Source of the DNA: Rothia mucilaginosa
GTDB lineage: Bacteria; Actinomycetota; Actinomycetes; Actinomycetales; Micrococcaceae
Assembly: GCF_963534775.1 (NCBI RefSeq)
Contig: NZ_CAUSUH010000006.1
DNA: 64,000 nucleotides
Strand: one strand, 5' to 3'
Under the pieces are notes generated by a model. That model was given only the letters and a program-made list of their open reading frames with translations. It was not told the DNA's origin and did no database searches. The stretch's first letter is position 1. Every line of letters starts with the position of its first letter. Below, one piece after another: positions 38,901 to 48,963 of this stretch. The position numbers were made by a program, and so were the translations under genes.

Positions 38901-40016
38901 GGAGAAGTCGCCGTCGTCGTTGGGGTCGAGCACACGGTCCAGGCCCTTGGGGACGAACGCGGTGGTGCCCTTACAACCGAAAATGCGCAGGCCAATCAGC
39001 TGGGCGTCCGGCGCGGAGCCGGGGCCGATCTTCATGTCCTTGAGCTGCTCTTCGGTGAGCTTGGAGTAGTCGCCGTGGAAGGTGCTGCCGTCCGCGTTCA
39101 CACCGTAACCTGCCGCGGTGCCCGCCACGTGGCTACCGTGGCCGCCGCAGTCGAGCGGGTTGTTATCCGGGTGGGGAGTGGAGGTTTCCTTCTTACCGGA
39201 GTTGTAATCGTCACCGACCAGGTCGTAGCCGCCAAGGAACTTCTTCGGATCGTAGGTGCCCTCGGGAATCGTGTCGGAAGCCTTCGCCTTATCGAAGGCT
39301 TCCTGCGTGCCGGGGCCACCCAAATCGGCGTGCGTGTAGTCGATACCGGTATCGAGCACGACAATCTTCACGCCCTTGCCGGTGTAGCCGGTGGAGGCGG
39401 GGTTCGCCGGGCTCTTCGCCCACACGGAGAGCGTGTCCGTATCAATGAGGGTGCCGCTGTTCTGCGGTGCCATATCCTCAATGATGCTGATGCGTTCCAC
39501 ATCGTCGCGGTTCGCGAGCGCACGAATCTGCTCGACGTTACCGTAGAGCGCCACGCCGCGCATCGTGTTGTGGGTGGTGTACAGGACCTGCGCGCCGGAT
39601 TCCTTCGCCGCGGAGGCGCCCTGCTGCTGCACGCTGGCGCGGATTGCCTGCACCTGTGCTTGCGCGTTGACGGGTGCCTGCGCGCGGGAGCGGACCGCGT
39701 CCGGCTGGGTCTGGGCGTACGCACCCTGACCCTTGAATCGGACGAATACGGCGCGTTCGCCGGTGGCGCCGTCCAGGCTGGGGGAGAGAACTTCGTTGTT
39801 GTTCTCGCCGGTGCCGGTGTTCTGGTGGGGTGCGTCCCGGTCTGCGCCGCGTACTACGCCCGGTGCCGCGTAGGCGGCGGTACCGAACGGCAGGGCGGTC
39901 AGCCCGAGGGTGAGCCCCAGGGTGAGTGCGCCGCAGCTGCGTGCCAGCTGCTTGAGGCGGCCCGGCTGTGTGTGCCGGGCGGCTCGCGCGGGGGTAGCTT
40001 CAGGGAAGGTTGCCAC
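35976..40016 (-). CDS. Secreted S8 subtilase with PA domain and three C-terminal SLH-like repeats, copy 1
   Basis: Triad LDTGID, HGSHVAG, TGTSMSTP; SLH-like repeats with RGAMAAFFYR and RDAMAAFFYR. GTG start at 40016 after AAGGAG; signal peptide ends AYA. Confidence 0.93.
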   Translation of the reverse strand: MATFPEATPARAARHTQPGRLKQLARSCGALTLGLTLGLTALPFGTAAYAAPGVVRGADRDAPHQNTGTGENNNEVLSPSLDGATGERAVFVRFKGQGAYAQTQPDAVRSRAQAPVNAQAQVQAIRASVQQQGASAAKESGAQVLYTTHNTMRGVALYGNVEQIRALANRDDVERISIIEDMAPQNSGTLIDTDTLSVWAKSPANPASTGYTGKGVKIVVLDTGIDYTHADLGGPGTQEAFDKAKASDTIPEGTYDPKKFLGGYDLVGDDYNSGKKETSTPHPDNNPLDCGGHGSHVAGTAAGYGVNADGSTFHGDYSKLTEEQLKDMKIGPGSAPDAQLIGLRIFGCKGTTAFVPKGLDRVLDPNDDGDFSDRADIANLSLGNEFGVFDETVNYAVGSLYREGILSVVAAGNANNYNAVGDTYSNSGGPGTSAYGLTVANSIGSTQLVDRVKILAPANEADTYGDYSVSFDYSKATEEQLRGTVVRAASRNRYACEAFTEEEAAALKGKWALIDWADADGTAPCGSKVRFDNLQAAGATGVVLTSNTEVGDTAIGGNSSIPGVRLAKSQVERLSAQIDSGELTLQLGENLRDSIRVPNGKLDQANTSTARGLHGSHGITKPDVAAPGTNISSIEVGSGTGSSVKTGTSMSTPFVAGVAALIMQAHPEYGPRMLKTVIMNTADHHMQDAWGNPYAVDRVGTGRINTRAAVADRVMLFNAARPEQVSDTFGVLEYTPNTGVQTLQHRVSVENTDSVAHTYTLNYEGSTSIPGVEFSYPQSVSVGAGQKATFTVTVRIDPSKLEKTRDPSMYPNQDSVNYSTGTVTISGARQYIASASGRLILTDTDSSAAVKTLRMPLHVAPKPVSAMRVAGSDIAFDAQGSGATEQTLTLQGTAVNQGGYRSLLGAFELGASSPRIPTAKLGVGSDSRMDLQYVGAASNVAALKAAGADTSEARLSFGISTWGNWQEVTPRGTYYVFVDTDKDGTSDYRLQTVREKGLDYPLVKVSKRSNGKWQAIENALYPLNGTWGDTDTNIMDSNTLVMTVPLSVLGLDPEAESTEISYSVTTSSAFSATTVVDTTDSVVFNYAAPKLWFSGDSAGVPNLFVDAPETQLVAHRNGDAKNVSALFLHMHNATGDLSGVNGAAGERAQVLRVSSNSEDTAASAHFTDVPADYPFVNDINWLAQRRITTGYPDGTFRPNGSVERGAMAAFFYRMAGSPQFTAPSTPSFKDVPRDHPFYKEIEWMRARGITTGWSDGTFRPNAAVNRDAMAAFFYRFAGSPAYSAPVASPFSDVSTGSQFYREIAWLADQRITTGWPDGSFRPVQPIERGAMAAFLHRYNVRVLNNR

Positions 40017-40305
40017 TGAATGCTCCTTTTTAGTGATGGTGCGTTTCTTAGCGGTTTCTGCACCGAGGTTCTGCGCCGAGAGTTCTGCTCGGAGAGCTGT
40101 ACGGCAAGGGTTCTGCACCGAGAGTGCTTCGGTGCGTCTGCACTGTGTTTCCAGTGCGCCTCCAGTGTGTCCATGCGGCGTAAACGTCAAGGTTCATGCC
40201 GATGGTGAAGAAACCTTCATTTATTGTCTCAACGATTCTTTATATAACCTAGTCAGACTCGTATTACGGAACATTACACGTAAATAACAAAGCACCTAAC
40301 CACAG

Positions 40306-40353
40306 AAAAAGGGAGCCGCACCGCCGCAGATAAACTGCAACGGTACGGCTCTC
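40306..40353 (-). terminator. Terminator of subtilase 2
   Basis: GGGAGCCG...CGGCTCTC preceded by an A-run (U-tail on the minus strand). Confidence 0.65.
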
Positions 40354-40403
40354 TCGGTAGAACCTATAGGTTCTTAGATTCCGAAACCCTAGAATTCAGG
40401 TTT

Positions 40404-43400
40404 TTAGATTTCAGGGCTTTCCTTCAGCACACCCGTGCTGTAGCGGTACACGAACGCCGCCATAGCGTCGCGGTGCACCGGCTCCACGGGGCGGAACGAA
40501 CCATCGGGCCAGCCGGTGGTCACGCCCTGCTCAGCCAGCCACGAAATCTCGCGGTAGAACTGCTTGTCGGTCGGAACGTCCGTGAAACGAGCCTGCGCGG
40601 GGGCAGTGTACTCGGGCGAACCAGCGTAACGGTAGAAGAACGCAGCCATCGCGTCACGGTTCACCGAACCCTCCGGACGGTACGTACCATCGGGCCAGCC
40701 GGTCGTGATGCCCTGAGCCTTCATCCACTCAATCTCCTTGTAGTAGGGGTGGTTGAGCGGAACATCAGAGAAGCTCGGGGTGGACGGCGCGGTGTACTGC
40801 GGCGAGCCGCTCATACGGTAGAAGTACGCAGCCATGGTTGCGCGGTCCATATTGTTCAGCGGGCGGAAGGTGCCATCCTGGTAGCCGCGGTCAATCTGAC
40901 GGGCAGCAATCCACGTGATTTCGCGGTAGAACTGGTTATCCGCCGGAACGTCGGTGAAGCGTGCATCGTGGATGGTACGCGCCACCTTCACGACCTGCGC
41001 ACGGTCGCCAGCGGCAACACCGTTAGCGGTCTTACGGCCGCTCAGGTCACCGGTCGCGTTGTGCATGTGCAGGAACAGAGCCTGACGCTCCTTGTTGTTG
41101 TTCTTGCGGTGAACGGTCAGCTGACCGCCGTCACGATCCACGAACAGGCCGGGCACGCCCGACTCCTCACCGGTGAACCACACACCGGGGTTGAAGGGGG
41201 AGTACTCGATAGCCGAGGTGGTGTCCACGTAGGAGTTACCCTCGTTGTACCAGGTGTCGGTCTGCACCGTGTACTTGATGCTCTGAGCCTTCTCAGCGGT
41301 CAGACCCAGGTCCTTCAGCGGCACACCCAGAATCATGGTGTTGGTGTCCATGATGTTGGTGTCGGTGTCGCCCCAGGCGTTGTTCAGCGGGTAGCGAGCC
41401 ACCACGGTGGATGCCTCACCGGAGATGGACCAGACCTTCACCAGCGGGTAGTCCAGACCCTTCTCACGGGTTACCTCCAGAACGTAATCTGCGGCGGAGT
41501 CGTTGTTCGTATCAATCTGAACCTGTACCTGACGGCCCCAGTGCATGCTGTCCCAGGTGCCCCAGGTCGAAATACCGAAGAACAGAGAACCATCGTTCGG
41601 GTTCTTGCCGGCAGCCTTCAACGCCGGAGCGTCCGAAGCGGCACCCACATACTGCAGGTCAACAGCCTGGTTCGACGGCAGCTTCAGCTGACCGGACGGA
41701 ATGCGGTCACTGACCGCACCCAGCTCAAACGCACCCAGCAGCGAACGGTAACCGCCCTGGTTCAGGGTCGTACCGCGCAGAGTCACCGTGGACTCCTTGT
41801 CGGCAATGCCCTTGTAATCAATACGGGAGGCATCAACACGCATCTTCGAGACGGGCTTCGGTGCTACGTGAATCGACTGGCGGATCGCCTCGCGACCATT
41901 CTCAGAGAAAATCAGGCGACCAGAAGCGCTCGCAATGTACTGGCGCTTACCAGCAGCCAGAGTCTTACCGGTCGTCCAGTCCTGAGCGACCTGGTCGGCG
42001 CTCATCGCCGGGTCCATGGTCTTCTCCAGCTTGGACGGGTCAATACGCACGGTCACGGTTACGTTCTTACGCTCACCGGCACCCACGCTCACCTGCTGCG
42101 GGTAGGAGTACTCCACACCCGGGATGGTCGTGCTTGCCTCGTAGTTCAGAGTGTAGGTGTGAGCCTGCGAATCGGTGTTGTCCAGAACGATTTCACGCTG
42201 AACAGTCTGAATACCCGAATCGGGGGTGTACTCCAGGACACCAAACGCGGTCGAAACACGCTCGGGGGTCTTCGCATCGTACGCAATGACCTTCGCGTCC
42301 ACGGCGGCGCGAGCATTCACCATGCCCGTACCCACACGATCCACCGCGTACTGCGCACCCTGCTCATTCTTAATCGGGGTGGATGCGCCGTTCATCAGCG
42401 CAGCCTTAATCATCTGCGGGTTGTAATCCTGATGCGCCTGCATCACCAGAGCGGCAACACCGGTCACATGCGGGGTTGCCATCGAGGTACCGGTGAAGGA
42501 AACACCCTTATTACCCGTGCCCACAGCGGCAGAGACAATCTCAGTACCCGGTGCCGCAAGGTCAGGCTTAATGAAGCCATCAGAACCGTGCTGACCGCGA
42601 GCGCTCGAGGAATTCAAATCAAAAGCGTGTGAGTGAGGACCGCGGCCCGAAGCCTTGTAGTCCAGGTTCATCTCAACGGTTACCGGACCGGCTGCCAGAG
42701 CCTTCTCCAGGTCCTTCGTCGAAGAAGCAGTCAGACGCAGACCCGGAATGGTCGCATTACCACCAATGCCGATCGTGTAGCGCTCAGCCTTACCGGCCAT
42801 CACCACACCAACACCGCCGGCAGCCTGAACATTATCGAAACGCACCTTCGAACCGCACGGGAACGTCAAATCGTCCTGATCCCACTCGAAGTAAACCCAC
42901 TTACCCTTCAAAGCCTTCGCCTCTTCAGCAGTGAAAGCCTCGCAAGCGTAACGGTTACGCTTCGGTGCGGCAACAACCTCGCCGCGCAACTGATCAGCGG
43001 ATGCCTTCGAATAATCGAAGTTCACCGAGTAATCACCCTGCAACCACTCCAAACCAGTCTTCGTGGTCACGCGGGCACGGTCAATCGGCTGAGTCGAACC
43101 GTAGGCGTTCGCCACCGACAGCGCCGCAGCCGCATTCGCCGGGCTACCCGAATCGGAGTAGGTGTCACCCACACCGTTGTAGTTATTGGCGTTACCGGCA
43201 GCAGCCACAGTGAACACACCCTGGCGCGCCATCGTATTAATCATGTACGACTCAGGATCGTCAGCCGGGGCGAACTCGCCACCGAGCGACAGGTTCACGA
43301 TGTCGGCGCGGTCAGAGAAATCACCGTCACCATTCGGGTCCATCACGGTATCAAGCGCCTTCATCACAACACTCGAATTGCCGTAGCAACCGAACACGCG

Positions 43401-44390
43401 AATCGCCAAAATCTGAGCATCAGGAGCAGTACCGGGGCCAATAGACATGCCCTTCAGCTGCTCCTCCGTCAGGTTCTTGTAATCGCCACGGTAAGTCGTA
43501 CCGTTCGCCGTCACACCATAACCGGCGGCAGTACCCGCCACGTGCGTGCCGTGACCGCCAGAACCGAAACCATCCGGACGGCAGTCCAGCGGGTTATTAT
43601 CCGGCTGCGGAGTCGACTTCTCAGGTACCGACGCATTGTAGTCATCACCGACCAGGTCAATGCCGCCAATGAACTTATTACGATCAATCAGACCCGAATC
43701 AGCGGACGGAAGCTCCGTCATCGCCTTAGCCTTCAGGTACGAATCCACCGTACCGGGGCCACCAAAATCAGCGTGCGTATAGTCAACACCGGAGTCAACA
43801 ATCGCAATCTTCACGCCCTTACCCGTGTACCCCGTATTCTCACGAGTCCACGTAGCAAGAGTCTTCGTATCAATCTCGCTACCGGAGTTCATGCGCTCCT
43901 TCGCGATAATCGGCGAAATACGCTCCACATCCGGGCGCTCCGCCAACGCACGAATCTGCGCAGCATCACCAGTAATCGCCGCACCACGCATCGCATTATG
44001 CGTGGTGTACATCAGCTTCGAACCAGAAGCGGCCGCCACAGACTGAGCCTGCGACTGCACCTGGGCTGCAATAGCCTGCACCTGCGCCTGACGGTTTGCC
44101 GGCACCTCCTTACGTGCCAGAACAGCCGCGGACTGGGTCTGCTCATACGCGCCCTTGCCCTTGAACTGCACGTACACGGTGATCTGGCCTTCAGCCTTCT
44201 GCAGACCCGGGCTGATACGCGAAGCAGCGTTACCGGATGCGCTCGCAGTATTTCCTTCGACCTGCTGGGGGCTCTGAGCGTGAGCTGCAGAGAAAGTGGC
44301 GGGAACGCCGAGAGTCAGGGCAAGAGCCGCACTCAAACCGGTCGCACCGACAGCCTTCATTCTGCGGCGTGGCGCATGAGGCGTTGTCAT
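40404..44390 (-). CDS. Secreted S8 subtilase with PA and SLH-like domains, copy 2
   Basis: Triad VDSGVD, HGTHVAG, TGTSMATP. ATG 44390 after AAGGAG; signal peptide ends AHA. Confidence 0.93.
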   Translation of the reverse strand: MTTPHAPRRRMKAVGATGLSAALALTLGVPATFSAAHAQSPQQVEGNTASASGNAASRISPGLQKAEGQITVYVQFKGKGAYEQTQSAAVLARKEVPANRQAQVQAIAAQVQSQAQSVAAASGSKLMYTTHNAMRGAAITGDAAQIRALAERPDVERISPIIAKERMNSGSEIDTKTLATWTRENTGYTGKGVKIAIVDSGVDYTHADFGGPGTVDSYLKAKAMTELPSADSGLIDRNKFIGGIDLVGDDYNASVPEKSTPQPDNNPLDCRPDGFGSGGHGTHVAGTAAGYGVTANGTTYRGDYKNLTEEQLKGMSIGPGTAPDAQILAIRVFGCYGNSSVVMKALDTVMDPNGDGDFSDRADIVNLSLGGEFAPADDPESYMINTMARQGVFTVAAAGNANNYNGVGDTYSDSGSPANAAAALSVANAYGSTQPIDRARVTTKTGLEWLQGDYSVNFDYSKASADQLRGEVVAAPKRNRYACEAFTAEEAKALKGKWVYFEWDQDDLTFPCGSKVRFDNVQAAGGVGVVMAGKAERYTIGIGGNATIPGLRLTASSTKDLEKALAAGPVTVEMNLDYKASGRGPHSHAFDLNSSSARGQHGSDGFIKPDLAAPGTEIVSAAVGTGNKGVSFTGTSMATPHVTGVAALVMQAHQDYNPQMIKAALMNGASTPIKNEQGAQYAVDRVGTGMVNARAAVDAKVIAYDAKTPERVSTAFGVLEYTPDSGIQTVQREIVLDNTDSQAHTYTLNYEASTTIPGVEYSYPQQVSVGAGERKNVTVTVRIDPSKLEKTMDPAMSADQVAQDWTTGKTLAAGKRQYIASASGRLIFSENGREAIRQSIHVAPKPVSKMRVDASRIDYKGIADKESTVTLRGTTLNQGGYRSLLGAFELGAVSDRIPSGQLKLPSNQAVDLQYVGAASDAPALKAAGKNPNDGSLFFGISTWGTWDSMHWGRQVQVQIDTNNDSAADYVLEVTREKGLDYPLVKVWSISGEASTVVARYPLNNAWGDTDTNIMDTNTMILGVPLKDLGLTAEKAQSIKYTVQTDTWYNEGNSYVDTTSAIEYSPFNPGVWFTGEESGVPGLFVDRDGGQLTVHRKNNNKERQALFLHMHNATGDLSGRKTANGVAAGDRAQVVKVARTIHDARFTDVPADNQFYREITWIAARQIDRGYQDGTFRPLNNMDRATMAAYFYRMSGSPQYTAPSTPSFSDVPLNHPYYKEIEWMKAQGITTGWPDGTYRPEGSVNRDAMAAFFYRYAGSPEYTAPAQARFTDVPTDKQFYREISWLAEQGVTTGWPDGSFRPVEPVHRDAMAAFVYRYSTGVLKESPEI

Positions 44391-44652
44391 GGAATTCTCC
44401 TTCGGATTATCTATTTTTCGGTAATGCTGTGTGCTCTGTGGTTGTATATCGGTGATGTGCGGAGGCGGCCCCACCGGCAGACGATAAGTGAGTACGTCCG
44501 CCGGTGAAACCGCCACCAAAACTTGAGAGGTCCCGGGGTCTTTAGACCCCGGAGCCTGCCGGTTCCGGGTGTCCCTCCCACCCCCTGCATGGGGTGGGAG
44601 GGGGCAGGAGGCGGGAGGGGACCCGAACTGTTCGCTAACGGTTCACTACCGT

Positions 44653-47600
44653 CTAGCGGCCGGCCTGGTTAGCAACCTTCTCGGTGTAGCGGTAGATGAA
44701 CGCCGCCATCGCATCGCGGGCAATGGGGGTTACCGGGCGGTAGGTTCCGTCCGGCCAGCCGGTGCTGATGCCCTTCGAAGCCAGCCACGTGATTTCACGG
44801 TAGAACTGGTTATCGGTGGAAACATCGCTGAAGTGGCTGGTTGCGGGCAGATCCACGTGCGGGGAACCCGCTGCACGGTAGAAGAACGCAGCCATGGCGT
44901 CACGGTTCACCGGTGCGGAGGGGCGGAACGTGCCGTCCGAGTAGCCGGTGGTGATGCCCTGAGCCTTCATCCACTCAATCTCCTTGTAGAAGGGGTGCGT
45001 GGTGGGCACGTCCTTGAAGCTCGGAGTGGAGGGGGCAGTGAACTGCGGGGAACCCTGCATGCGGTAGAAGAACGCCGCCATTGCGCCACGTTCCACGGAC
45101 TCCAGCGGGCGGTAGGTGCCGTCCGGGTAGCCGGTGGTGATGCCGCGCTGAGCCAACCAAGAAATCTCGGTGTAGAACTGGTCGCCGTTCTTCACATCGG
45201 TGAAGCGGGACGGAGTGATGTACTCGGTCTGCTGCTCCTTGATGTTCAGCACCTCGGCGCGGTTGCCCTTGGCGCCGTTGGTGCCGGAGAGGTCGCCGGT
45301 GCCGTTGTGCAGGTGCAGCAACAGCGCCTTGGCGGGGGTACCGGATTCGCCGAGCGCGGGGATTGCGTCAGCGGAGCGGTGCGCCGTCAGGGTGGTGCTG
45401 GAGGCATCCGGGTGGAGGCCAGCCACGGCGGAGGAGTCGCCGCTGAACCACAGCTTGGGGCTGAAGGGGCGGTACTTGATCCATCCGGTTTCGCTGACGT
45501 TACCCCACTCGTACTGGGTGGTTGCGCTGACTCGGTACTGGATGTCCGGGTTGTTTGCGCTGGTCAGGCCCAGGTCCTTGAGGGGTGCACTCATGATGAG
45601 GGTGTTGGTGTCCATCATGTTGGTGTCCACATCACCCCAGGCGCCGTTGAGCGGGTAGTAGCCGAGCTCGACGAGGTTGCCATTCTTGTAGCCGTAGAGG
45701 CGAACCAGCGGGTAGTCCAGGCCCTTAGCGCGGTCGGTGACCAGCTTGTAGTCGGCGCGGTTGTTGCCGTCAGTGTCGATTTCTACGGTGAAGGTGTTCT
45801 CGTAGGAGACAACATCCCAGTTCGCCCAGGTGGAGATACCGAAGCGCAGGGTGCCGTCATCGGCGTTGCCGCCGGCAGCCTTCAGCGCGGGCGCATCCGA
45901 GGAAGCACCGACGTACTGCAGGTTCGCCTTAACGTTGCTGTTCAGCGACAGGGAGGTGGGAGCCACGCGGTCCACGCTCGCACCGTACTCGAACGCGCCA
46001 AGCAGGGAACGGTAGCCGCCCTGGTTGACCTCGGTGCCGCGCAGCGAGATCTGGGACTTGGTCCAGCCGGTGTCTGCCTTCTGAGCCTCGTCGCTGGAGG
46101 GCTTCTGGGTGAAGGTGACGGTGTCTTCGGCAGCGTGCATGGTGCTCACGGGCTTGGGTGCCACGTGAACGGGCAGGCGCAGTGCCTTGGTGCCGTCTTC
46201 GGTGAGGACGAGTCGGCCGGATGCGCTGGCAATGTACTGACGGTACTGTTCGGGAACGGTTTCGTTGCCGGTGTAGTAGTCAGTTGCGTTCTGGGTGGTG
46301 TCCATTGCTGCGTCGCGGGTCTTCTCCAGCTTGGACGGGTCGATGCGCACGGTGACTTCGAACTTCTTAGTTTCACCGGGTGCGAGGGTGACCGCGGAGG
46401 GGAAGGAGTATTCCACGCCGGGAATATTAGTGCTTTCAGCGTAGGACAGGGCGTAGGCGTGCGCCACGGAGTCGGTGTTCTCGACCGTCACCTCGCGGGT
46501 GAGGGTCTGAACGCCAGCATCCGGTGCGTACTCGAGCACGCCGAAGCTCAGAGACACGGTACCGCTCTTGTCAATGTTGTAGACGAGGGACTTCGACTGC
46601 ACGGCAGCGAGGGTGTCGACTCGTCCGGCGCCCACACGGTCCACCGCGTATGCGGCACCGGATTCGGTGCGCACATCGTGGGTTGCGGTGTTCATGAGGG
46701 CGGACTTGACCTGTGCGGGGGTGTAGGTCGGGTGGCTCTGCATGACCAGGGCGGCGGAGCCGGTCACGTAGGGTGCCGCCATGGAGGTGCCGCTGAAGGT
46801 CACAGAGTTGTTACCGGTCGCTACCGCCGCGGAGGTGATGTACGAGCCGGGTGCCGCAATGTCGGGCTTGGTGTAGCCGTAGCTGCCGTGGAAGCCGCGG
46901 GCACTCATGGGGTTCAGCTGATCCAGCTTATCGGTGTCCACGCGCAGGGAGGACTTCAGCTCGTTGCCGAGGCGCACGGTCAGGGGCTTACCTGCCGCTT
47001 CTGCTGCGGTGATCTGTGCACGCAGGTCCTTAGCGGCGGATGCTGCCAGGCGGAAGCCGGGCAGGGTATCGTTACCGGCAATACCCAGGCCGGGTTCTTC
47101 GTCATTGCCTGCAAGCAGCACGCCCTTGGCGCCTGCCGCCTCCAGGTTGTCGAAGCGCACCTTGGAGCCGCAGGCGAGCTCACCGTCGTCTTTAGCCCAG
47201 TCGATGAGCACCCACTTGCCCTTTACAGCTGCCGCTTCGTCGGCGCTGAGGGCGTTGCAGGCGTAGCGGTTGTTCTCGGAGATTGCGGTGAGTTCACCGG
47301 TGAATTCCTTGCTGCCTGCCTGTGCCCAAGGGTAGGAGACGCTGTAGTCGCCGCGTACCTTGCGGGTGGTGCCGGTGGCGGGGTCGGTCAGCTCTGCCGC
47401 ATCGACGGCGCGGGTGGAGCCGTAGGCGTTCGCTACGGTGATTGCGCTGGAGGCGGTGGCGGGGTGACCGGAGTTGGAGTAGGTGTCGCCGCGCAGGCTG
47501 TAGTCGTTGGCGTTACCCGCGGAGATCACGGAGAGCACGCCGGCGCGGGTGAGCGCGTCAACGGCGTAGGCTTCGGGGTCGTCCTGCGGGGAGAATTCGC

Positions 47601-48678
47601 CGCCGAGGGACATGTTGACCACGTTCACGCGGTCGGAGAAGTCGCCGTCACCGTTGGGGTCAAGAGTGCGGTCGAGCGCCTCGATAACGACGTTGGTGCT
47701 GCCGCTGCAACCAAAGACGCGGAAGGCGTAGATTTCAGCGTCGGGGGCGACGCCGGGGCCGATCTTCATGGTCTTGAGCTGCTCTGCGGTGAGCTTGCTG
47801 TAGTCGCCGGTGAAGGTGGTGCCATCGGCGTTCACGCCGTAGCCTGCCGCGGTGCCCGCCACGTGGGTACCGTGGCCGCCGGTGGTGCAGTCGAGCGGGT
47901 TGCCGTCGGGAACAGCGGTGTTGCTGCCGTCGTAGGCGTCACCAACGAGGTCGTAGCCGCCAGCAACCTTGGTGCGGTTAATGAGTCCGGAGTCTGCGGA
48001 GGGCAGCTCGGTGAGCTTGGATGCCTTCTCGTAGTCTTCGAGCTTGCCGCTACCGCCGAAGTCGGTGTGGGTGTAGTCGATGCCGGAGTCGATGACGGCG
48101 ATCTTCACGCCCTTGCCGGTGTATCCGCCCGCGCCGGCGGGGTTGGTGGTGCCGGTCCAGGTGGCGAGGGAGCCTGCGTCAATGGCGGCGCCCGCGTTCT
48201 GGCGGTACTTGGGCAGGATGGGCGAGATCTTCTCTACGTCGGAGCGGTTGGCGAGTGCCTTGATGGACTCGGCGTCACCGCGCACTGCCACGCCGCGTAC
48301 TGCGTTGTGGGTGGTGTAGAGGACCTGCGCGCCGGACTGGCTGCTGACCTGCTGTGCCTGGCTCTGCACCTGGGAGGCGATTGCCTGCACCTGTGAGCTG
48401 GTGTTGACGGGTGCCTGCACGCCGGCGCGTACGCCTGCGGGCTGGGTCTGTTCAAAGGCGCCCTTACCCTTGAAGCGGACGAAGGCGGTGACGGTGCCGC
48501 TGGCGTTCTTCATGCTTTCGCTGAGTACCTGCTTGACGGCGTCGGGGTCTTCCGCGGCGTGGGCGGTGGTGCCCAGGGCTGCGAGGGGGCTCAGTGCCAT
48601 GCTGAGGGTGAGTAGCCCGCTGCCGATTCGGCGTCGATGCGACCGGCCGCGGGGGGTTGGGGAGGCGGTGTGTTGCAC
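44653..48678 (-). CDS. Secreted S8 subtilase with PA and SLH-like domains, copy 3
   Basis: Triad IDSGID, HGTHVAG, SGTSMAAP. GTG 48678 after AAGGAG; signal peptide ends AHA. Confidence 0.93.
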   Translation of the reverse strand: MQHTASPTPRGRSHRRRIGSGLLTLSMALSPLAALGTTAHAAEDPDAVKQVLSESMKNASGTVTAFVRFKGKGAFEQTQPAGVRAGVQAPVNTSSQVQAIASQVQSQAQQVSSQSGAQVLYTTHNAVRGVAVRGDAESIKALANRSDVEKISPILPKYRQNAGAAIDAGSLATWTGTTNPAGAGGYTGKGVKIAVIDSGIDYTHTDFGGSGKLEDYEKASKLTELPSADSGLINRTKVAGGYDLVGDAYDGSNTAVPDGNPLDCTTGGHGTHVAGTAAGYGVNADGTTFTGDYSKLTAEQLKTMKIGPGVAPDAEIYAFRVFGCSGSTNVVIEALDRTLDPNGDGDFSDRVNVVNMSLGGEFSPQDDPEAYAVDALTRAGVLSVISAGNANDYSLRGDTYSNSGHPATASSAITVANAYGSTRAVDAAELTDPATGTTRKVRGDYSVSYPWAQAGSKEFTGELTAISENNRYACNALSADEAAAVKGKWVLIDWAKDDGELACGSKVRFDNLEAAGAKGVLLAGNDEEPGLGIAGNDTLPGFRLAASAAKDLRAQITAAEAAGKPLTVRLGNELKSSLRVDTDKLDQLNPMSARGFHGSYGYTKPDIAAPGSYITSAAVATGNNSVTFSGTSMAAPYVTGSAALVMQSHPTYTPAQVKSALMNTATHDVRTESGAAYAVDRVGAGRVDTLAAVQSKSLVYNIDKSGTVSLSFGVLEYAPDAGVQTLTREVTVENTDSVAHAYALSYAESTNIPGVEYSFPSAVTLAPGETKKFEVTVRIDPSKLEKTRDAAMDTTQNATDYYTGNETVPEQYRQYIASASGRLVLTEDGTKALRLPVHVAPKPVSTMHAAEDTVTFTQKPSSDEAQKADTGWTKSQISLRGTEVNQGGYRSLLGAFEYGASVDRVAPTSLSLNSNVKANLQYVGASSDAPALKAAGGNADDGTLRFGISTWANWDVVSYENTFTVEIDTDGNNRADYKLVTDRAKGLDYPLVRLYGYKNGNLVELGYYPLNGAWGDVDTNMMDTNTLIMSAPLKDLGLTSANNPDIQYRVSATTQYEWGNVSETGWIKYRPFSPKLWFSGDSSAVAGLHPDASSTTLTAHRSADAIPALGESGTPAKALLLHLHNGTGDLSGTNGAKGNRAEVLNIKEQQTEYITPSRFTDVKNGDQFYTEISWLAQRGITTGYPDGTYRPLESVERGAMAAFFYRMQGSPQFTAPSTPSFKDVPTTHPFYKEIEWMKAQGITTGYSDGTFRPSAPVNRDAMAAFFYRAAGSPHVDLPATSHFSDVSTDNQFYREITWLASKGISTGWPDGTYRPVTPIARDAMAAFIYRYTEKVANQAGR

Positions 48679-48963
48679 GGTGCTCCTTTGCTTGGCTCCC
48701 ACAGTGTTGGGGGAGGCTGGTGTGTTTTTTCTGGTGAGTTCTAGATGAACTTGAACACACTAGATGTGAACTAGGATACACCTCAAAATGGCTTGTGAAG
48801 CGTTTATTACTCCTAAATGCATCAAATTGTGGACATGTTCGACCCTTTTCTTTTTCACGTTTTTCATTTGCATTTGGGCTCAGGTTCTTTTCAGGTTGGG
48901 TTGTTAGTGTAAAACCATCTATTGAACATCTATCAAAAATGCTGGGGTAGGGAGGGTCGAACC

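Noticed and set aside
44530..44625. Nested GC-rich hairpins between subtilases 3 and 2 as an ncRNA
   Set aside because: Adequately explained as terminator or stabiliser hairpins; no recognisable RNA family motif.
44569..48396. 1275-aa + strand ORF, and similar long ORFs at 13690, 20137, 35925, 40473, 42633, 54567, 60481 and 61790
   Set aside because: Each lies antisense to a well-supported gene and is explained by stop-poor reverse frames.
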